Part shown: positions 58,333 to 64,000 of the stretch, piece by piece
Position numbering within the stretch: position 1 is the first letter of the stretch
How the letters are laid out: every line of letters starts with the position of its first letter
Notes under the pieces: generated by a model
Database searches by the model: none
What the model was told of the DNA's origin: nothing
Seen by the model: only the letters and a program-made list of their open reading frames with translations
Origin: Escherichia phage phiEco32
Sequence record: NC_010324.1
Length of the DNA stretch: 64,000 nucleotides
Reading direction: 5' to 3' (one strand)
Position numbers and translations under genes: made by a program

Positions 58333-59232
58333 TTATGCCGCCTGACGTGCCGCCATAATTTCAGCCGCTTTACGCAATACTTCTTCCTCTTCTGCTTTCG
58401 CCGCTTGTTCGGTACGGGTAGCAACCGTTGAAGAGATACGACCGCGCAGGCTTTCTAACTTCTCCTGCATAGTTGCAATGGTCTTTTCCATTTCATCAGC
58501 GTATGAATCGAGTGATTCTAATTCCTTGCTTGATGCGTTCATCAGATAATCATCTGAGATCGCTACCGTCGAGGCCGTGACTTTCTTGATGAGTGAATCA
58601 AAGGACTTTTTAACCTTCCCAACTTCTTCACTCAGGGCGATAGTGTTATCGCTAGTTGCGCCGTTGCGCTCATCAGCCAGTAATTTGGCTTCAATACGGA
58701 TTGCATTCAAGCGTTCAACTAAAGCGTAAATATCCTGATTAAAATCTTCCTTGTTTTTCGCCGGAATTTGCAGGTGTGCCGCCACGTTGTCATTACAACC
58801 CTTGTAAAAGTTAGGGTTATCGACTTCAATTTCACGGCCTAAAGCAAAGTTTTCGAAAGCGTTTGACCAGCGAGCGCGGTTTTGTTCCATTTTGGCCTTA
58901 ATTTGCGCTTCTTTCGCGTCTTCTTTAGCTTTCGCCTCACCTTCCAGATTAATCCACTTTTTACGACCATTTGCCGCATCGGTGTTAAACTTGATAGGAG
59001 TTAAGAAAGTAATTGCAGTGGCAATCACATCCATATCACGAAAACGTTCAGTTAACAAGAAGTCAACCGCCGTCTGCAATACGTCCAGCTTTTTACCGTT
59101 ACTGCGGAAGTGCTGTAAGTGCCCTAACAGGAAGTTAGAAACATCTTGTTTGATCGCCGCGTTATTGCTACGAATGTTGTTAGCCAGTGCGTTAAAACCA
59201 GATTCGTTAACCAGAGTAAAGATTTTAGCCAT
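58333..59232 (-). CDS. hypothetical coiled-coil protein
   Basis: Start set to ATG 59232 (MAKIFTL...) with AAGGTGA SD 5 nt upstream; GC content visibly higher than the phage average. Confidence 0.5.
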   Translation of the reverse strand: MAKIFTLVNESGFNALANNIRSNNAAIKQDVSNFLLGHLQHFRSNGKKLDVLQTAVDFLLTERFRDMDVIATAITFLTPIKFNTDAANGRKKWINLEGEAKAKEDAKEAQIKAKMEQNRARWSNAFENFALGREIEVDNPNFYKGCNDNVAAHLQIPAKNKEDFNQDIYALVERLNAIRIEAKLLADERNGATSDNTIALSEEVGKVKKSFDSLIKKVTASTVAISDDYLMNASSKELESLDSYADEMEKTIATMQEKLESLRGRISSTVATRTEQAAKAEEEEVLRKAAEIMAARQAA

Positions 59233-60052
59233 GATATTCACCTTTCAATTGTAAGGGCGCTATTGCCCCGCTCTCTATGAGCTTGTTTAAGTCACTATTA
59301 ACTTAACTATAACCACTCGTTGTTAAGTAGTTATAGGTAAGCGGGGCGGTCTTATCAGGAGTTAACCTTGCCGCCCCCTTATCCGTGATGTTTCATCTGG
59401 TATCTTTAATTAGTCGCTATAAACGAAGCCGACCTGATAGCGATGATCAATCATCACAATAAGGCAGTGCGTCCGACTCTAATTAGTTACGTTTATTGTA
59501 ACCGTCGGCAATATCGTCTACTTTGCTTTCGCTCTCGCCTATCCTTTTGTATCAACTCTCAATCACTAGCCATCGCCCACAACGGGATGCTATTGTGAAA
59601 GAGTCATTGACCGTCTAATGTTCTGACGTTTTATATCTTTCGGCAAGTTTACTACATAAACCGACTATGTACTTTCATCTTGTGATGAATCTCAAGCCGT
59701 TCACATCGTAAACGTTCACACTAAACCTTATTGTTAAATAGCAATTTGCCACTTTTTAACCACTCCCCGCCGCCCTCAATTGGGCGTTAATTCTTCGGGC
59801 TTGCCTACCCTGATTAACTTCTTTCACTGTAGCGCCTTGTTAGCGATGGCCGCCGCTACCCTTAACCGTGGGCGATTAGCTTAAGCCTTTGCGTGCACTC
59901 AATGAATCCGTTTATCAGTGGTGACGTTTCCAGTAAGGGAATGTAAAACTGTTTACCCTGATAATTTAGGGAGTCTTACGCCGTTTTATCTGGTATGCTT
60001 TCCGATGGTTATTATCATCAAGCATATTCAACCGATATAGGAGAATGTTTAA

Positions 60053-60720
60053 ATTATTAAAGAGCGGTAAATCTATCAGTGTGCTTTCTCACACTATGCA
60101 ACTGTTAGCCGTTGTTACGCTTTCCTTAAGCGGTGATTTGCTTAAGTGTGCTCATTATGAATCATGCTGTTTTAGCTGTCAACCACTTTTTTAATCTTTT
60201 TCGTCGTTCCCGCTGTTGGGAGGATATATCAATCAGCTATGTTTGATTGAAGATTAAGCGGCAAGGCTTAAACTTATGATTCATATTTTTAAAGAGCGGT
60301 TACTACATTCACAGCTTAACACATCGTGTTAGCTTGTCAAACTCTTTTTTATCATCTTCTTTTATTCCGTTCCCTTATCTCGCTTGAATCTATGCGAAAA
60401 GGCAAGATGATAAGTCTGATTTGTCTTTTAGGAATCTAGTGCACTTTCAAGCATCGACCATTTGAAAGTATCGAACAAATGAGGCTTATTTTGTTGCTCA
60501 TCGTCCGCCTGTTTCACGTATGAATCAGGAATCAATTCTAGCGGTCAACTAAGCGCCTTATAGTAATGACGTTACCGCCACCTGTAAGACAAATCATATT
60601 TTTAAAGAGCGGGATGTTTTGATTCATCGCTGAATGAGTGCTCATTATGTATCAGGCTTTTTCCGGTGTCAATACTCTTTTTTAAGTATTTTCACTTTCT
60701 AGCCTGATTTTTAAAGAGCG
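60053..60720. repeat. four dispersed copies of a 14-15-nt repeat (A)TTTTTAAAGAGCG(G) within an ORF-free region
   Basis: Copies at about 60053-60067 (variant ttattaaagagcgg), 60285-60299, 60598-60612 and 60707-60720; two are preceded by tgattcat/aaatcat; irregular spacing (232, 313, 109 nt). Confidence 0.5.
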
Positions 60721-61176
60721 TAGCACTTCGTTGTGCGTCCTACCGTCGGTATTCCTACCGCTCCCCGTTGAAGCCTTTTACCGTGATGCTAATCACCTAT
60801 CAGGGAATCTTGTTGCTTGTTGCTTACTGCTTACTACGGGATTCATATTACTATACAGGAAAACCCTGTCAATACCCTTTTTTCAAACTATTTTACATCT
60901 CATTGTTTTATAAAGGAATTTATTTTAGGGATGATAGGAACTACAAAGAAATCAGGATATAGAGGAACGGGTGCGCGTGATACATCACAAGAAACGGCTT
61001 GTAAAGCAATAATAAGCGTCCTAAAACGCATCACAACGAGCTAAAAGGGAGTAAGGTATACAATCACCTTAGAAAAGAAAAAAGCCTCTTAATGAGGCTT
61101 ACAGGAAGGATTTAAAGCATCAGATAGATTATGACCATAGGCATGACCACGGCACAATACAGGAGAAAGATTAAGC

Positions 61177-61542
61177 CTATGGATTTACACATTGACCGTT
61201 ACCGGATGCCATTTCATTCATGGACTCATCAAAGAGCGTTAACGATGAGCGCATCAAGTGATCGACCGTGATTTGTTTACCAGTGGATTCATTTACCAGT
61301 TGAACAGTTTTATCATATGATTGCACATGATCGAAATCATTTACATGCAAAATAATAACTTTAGGTGACTTTTTACCGGTTTCATAGTTTTCTACAAGAT
61401 AAGTACATTGCAAGCCGTCAACCGTAGCAGGGGAAAATGTTGCAGCCTTAACGCTACCCATAGCCGATAGCAGGACACCTAACAGAAGAACGACCAGAAA
61501 GAAGCCTACAACCGTTTTAACGACGAATTTAATAAACCACAT
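61177..61542 (-). CDS. secreted/membrane protein (N-terminal signal-anchor)
   Basis: 121 aa; MWFIKFVVKTVVGFFLVVLLLGVLLSAMGSVKA. Confidence 0.45.
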   Translation of the reverse strand: MWFIKFVVKTVVGFFLVVLLLGVLLSAMGSVKAATFSPATVDGLQCTYLVENYETGKKSPKVIILHVNDFDHVQSYDKTVQLVNESTGKQITVDHLMRSSLTLFDESMNEMASGNGQCVNP

Positions 61543-61634
61543 AGCAATAAACCTTTAGTTAGAGAATATAAGAATAGAGCATATCAGCGACGAATAACGC
61601 CACTGTAATAACGAACAAGCAACGCCAAAAATAA

Positions 61635-61916
61635 TCATTCTTCTTCATTGATACCCTCGCCAAAAAATGCTACGCTGATCTGTTCCACTTCTTCCAGCGA
61701 TAGGAGAATCCCACGTTGCGCCAAATACTTCCCAACTGTTATATAATCCTGCACCAGACAAACAACGGGAAAGCGGATATTTTGTATCTCACCTTTAGAA
61801 AGAAAAGATAAATAACCAGCGTCGATTGATTCATCAAAGGACAATGTAACGCCACCGTAATTATGCGTATCAATTAACGCAATAGTTTCATTTCCCATAA
61901 CGTTTCCAATCCTCAT
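61635..61916 (-). CDS. hypothetical protein
   Basis: 93-aa ORF in the co-directional run at the right end of the window. Confidence 0.4.
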   Translation of the reverse strand: MRIGNVMGNETIALIDTHNYGGVTLSFDESIDAGYLSFLSKGEIQNIRFPVVCLVQDYITVGKYLAQRGILLSLEEVEQISVAFFGEGINEEE

Positions 61917-62118
61917 AGTGATTAACTAGTGCCTGATAATCGTCAGATGATAACTCACCGCCTAAATAGGCAACGGTTATGCGTGCTTTGTATTCTGACA
62001 AACTGCATAGCGCGGGAGCGGATAACCTGCTTTCGCCATAACATCCTAGCACTTCAACGATACAACCGTTTAAAGATACTGATTTATTAATCACGATATG
62101 GTTAGCCATTAATATCAT
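61888..62118 (-). CDS. hypothetical protein
   Basis: 76 aa; overlaps neighbours at both ends. Confidence 0.35.
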   Translation of the reverse strand: MILMANHIVINKSVSLNGCIVEVLGCYGESRLSAPALCSLSEYKARITVAYLGGELSSDDYQALVNHYEDWKRYGK

Positions 62119-62365
62119 CCTTAATTAGTCCATGATTGAGCAGGTTAGCCAGTGATAGGCCACCGTCAAAATAAACAGAACGGAAATCATCGCGGTCAAT
62201 TTCGATTCCGACAGCAGATAGCCAATTTTTAGCCTGTTCAAAATCCATAGTACAGAAAGCAACAACAGGCAACGTTAACTGACCGTGACGCATGTTAAAC
62301 GTGATAGCGGTATCGCCAACAAAACAAGAAAAGCCATTAGATAATCTAACTTCTTTGATAGCCAT
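62102..62365 (-). CDS. hypothetical protein
   Basis: 87-aa ORF. Confidence 0.4.
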   Translation of the reverse strand: MAIKEVRLSNGFSCFVGDTAITFNMRHGQLTLPVVAFCTMDFEQAKNWLSAVGIEIDRDDFRSVYFDGGLSLANLLNHGLIKDDING

Positions 62366-62389
62366 TTTTACACTCCCAAAATAGGTTAT

Positions 62390-63262
62390 TTACTTACCAG
62401 CCTTAATACAGTTGGCTAAATTAACGTGAACGGTATAAACAGCGTTATCAGCGTTATTATAAACGGTAGTGGCGATCATCGACTCATTAACCGGACCATA
62501 ACTCACTAGGTTGGTTACAGCTTTAACGTCTTCGTAACGTTGTACAGTGCCAAATGTCACCATATCCGCATCGTTATCAGTACGCTTGAGAACTAGATCA
62601 CTGTTAGGCTGATTGTCTAGTGTCTTAGACTGAAAGAGAACGCCATCATTAGTTACGTTGCTAAACTTCATTTTTAGCACGATATTATTGCTGTCACTAT
62701 CTGCACCGTTGCAAATCATCCAACCTTTATTGATGGAACTAGAGAAGACACTAGCGGCATCAGTTGCAGGAGTAGGACTAGCGATAGCCTTATCAGAAAG
62801 AGATGTGACCAGTGCACTAACACCAATAGCTGCAACCAGTGCATAACTTGCCAGATTAACAGACTTCATAATCTTACTTGCAACAGTAGGCTTGATTGGC
62901 TGTTTCTTGTTTTTCTTGTTCCATGCTTCAACCATGACAGACAAGCGGGATAATTCAGCTTTCACATCGCGGCATGACTCAGGCCAATCTTTCTGATTCC
63001 AGCTATCTAGATTCGCCTGAATGTAACAGTTGATAGCGTCCTGCATATCGGTAAAACCGTTCTCTTTGAACGTGCTTTCATCTTCACACTGTAAGGCGTT
63101 CGCAGTAGAGTTAATGATCAAGCAAGCCAACATGATTGAGTTTTTGAATCCTTTACGTGCACTTTCGTTTTCCATCCACGCATCAGGACTACCAACGGTT
63201 AAGCCTAAAGAGGAAAGGCTTTCGTTTGCTTTGTTCAAGTGGTTAATTGCTACTTTAGACAT
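62390..63262 (-). CDS. hypothetical protein with central hydrophobic segment
   Basis: 290 aa; preceded by >700 bp of AT-rich non-coding DNA; central TMD-like LASYALVAAIGVSALVTSL. Confidence 0.5.
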   Translation of the reverse strand: MSKVAINHLNKANESLSSLGLTVGSPDAWMENESARKGFKNSIMLACLIINSTANALQCEDESTFKENGFTDMQDAINCYIQANLDSWNQKDWPESCRDVKAELSRLSVMVEAWNKKNKKQPIKPTVASKIMKSVNLASYALVAAIGVSALVTSLSDKAIASPTPATDAASVFSSSINKGWMICNGADSDSNNIVLKMKFSNVTNDGVLFQSKTLDNQPNSDLVLKRTDNDADMVTFGTVQRYEDVKAVTNLVSYGPVNESMIATTVYNNADNAVYTVHVNLANCIKAGK

Positions 63263-64000
63263 TTGATATTCCTTATGGTTGATGAAAACTACAAACTACA
63301 ATCGCAACTATATAATAAAGGAAAAGGCTGTCAACCATTTATTTTCTAACTTTCTTGCATCCTACTGAAAACTAAAGGAATTTAATTTACTAAACTTTCC
63401 ATATTCAGGGGGATTAACTTACTAACTATTGTTACTTTATAACACTAACGATAACACTACGGGTAGCAGACCAACAGACCAGGACAAACGGGGATACAAC
63501 AACCGCAGGACAGACCACGGGGAAACATGCAAGATAGTGCGGTAATAATATACCACTTAAATAATTAGTTAACTATTAATAGCATTACTCAAACATCAAA
63601 GACCATTCGCTACGCTCATGTACGCTGAAAAAGAAAGTATTAAAAGAAACAATTAAAAGAAATACAATCATCCACTTAATTAATACATATATCATTATTG
63701 CACTCATAATCATTGCTATTGAAACTATTATCAACGTAACTATGGGGGATGTGGGCTATTACTTATGGGTATTATTAACCCTCTTATGGTAGTGCCTGTA
63801 CAGTGCTAGCCTTTCTCTCACTCTTTAAAGGGGAACTAAATAAACGGGTAGCTAATGAATAGGATGGTATACACGGGGAAATAATTACGGGGAGTAGGCA
63901 CGGGGAAAGGTGGAACGTTGAAAGGGAAGGTAAAGGCATTCCCATATGAGCTTTTTTAAATGAGGACTCCCCCTTTTTAGGAAACGCGCGGCGAGCGGCT

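Noticed and set aside
60053-60720. CRISPR array suggested by repeated 14-15-mers.
   Set aside because: Only four copies, with irregular spacing (232, 313, 109 nt), repeats too short, flanking sequence also repeated, and no cas genes.
60731-61044. Three overlapping plus-strand ORFs (60-75 aa) in the ORF-free region.
   Set aside because: Mutually overlapping in different frames, no ribosome-binding sites, low-complexity hydrophobic translations; treated as chance ORFs in non-coding DNA.

Overview
This window looks like a segment of a virulent tailed dsDNA phage genome (no integrase or attachment features seen). The gene content (ECF-like sigma factor, split family-A DNA polymerase, tRNA-Arg) is reminiscent of phiEco32-like podophages, but that is inference from memory, not a search result. 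Two convergent blocks meet at a bidirectional terminator near 16.95 kb. The plus-strand block (1-16.9 kb) carries virion, tail and lysis genes: a tail fibre with a chaperone-like C-terminus, a holin-like ORF, a GH24 lysozyme, an Ig-domain structural protein, fibre-like proteins, an SLT transglycosylase, a Q/N-rich paralog pair and a ~1,470-aa internal virion protein. The minus-strand block (17-63.3 kb) carries replication and nucleotide-metabolism genes and many small genes. The most interesting region is a putative gamma-glutamyl ligase/hydrolase operon at 38.4-47.8 kb (GGCT-like, RimK-like ATP-grasp, class-II glutamine amidotransferase fused to zinc ribbons, GS-like amidoligase, four unknowns). 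Other notable items are an expanded family of at least nine small paralogous proteins (49.6-55.2 kb), a YadA-like adhesin gene flanked by terminators, a TARG1-like macro domain, a Dps-like protein, and a 1.9-kb ORF-free repeat-rich region (59.25-61.17 kb). Everything is read by eye from the sequence and ORF track; no searches were run, and hand-called coordinates may be off by a few nt.
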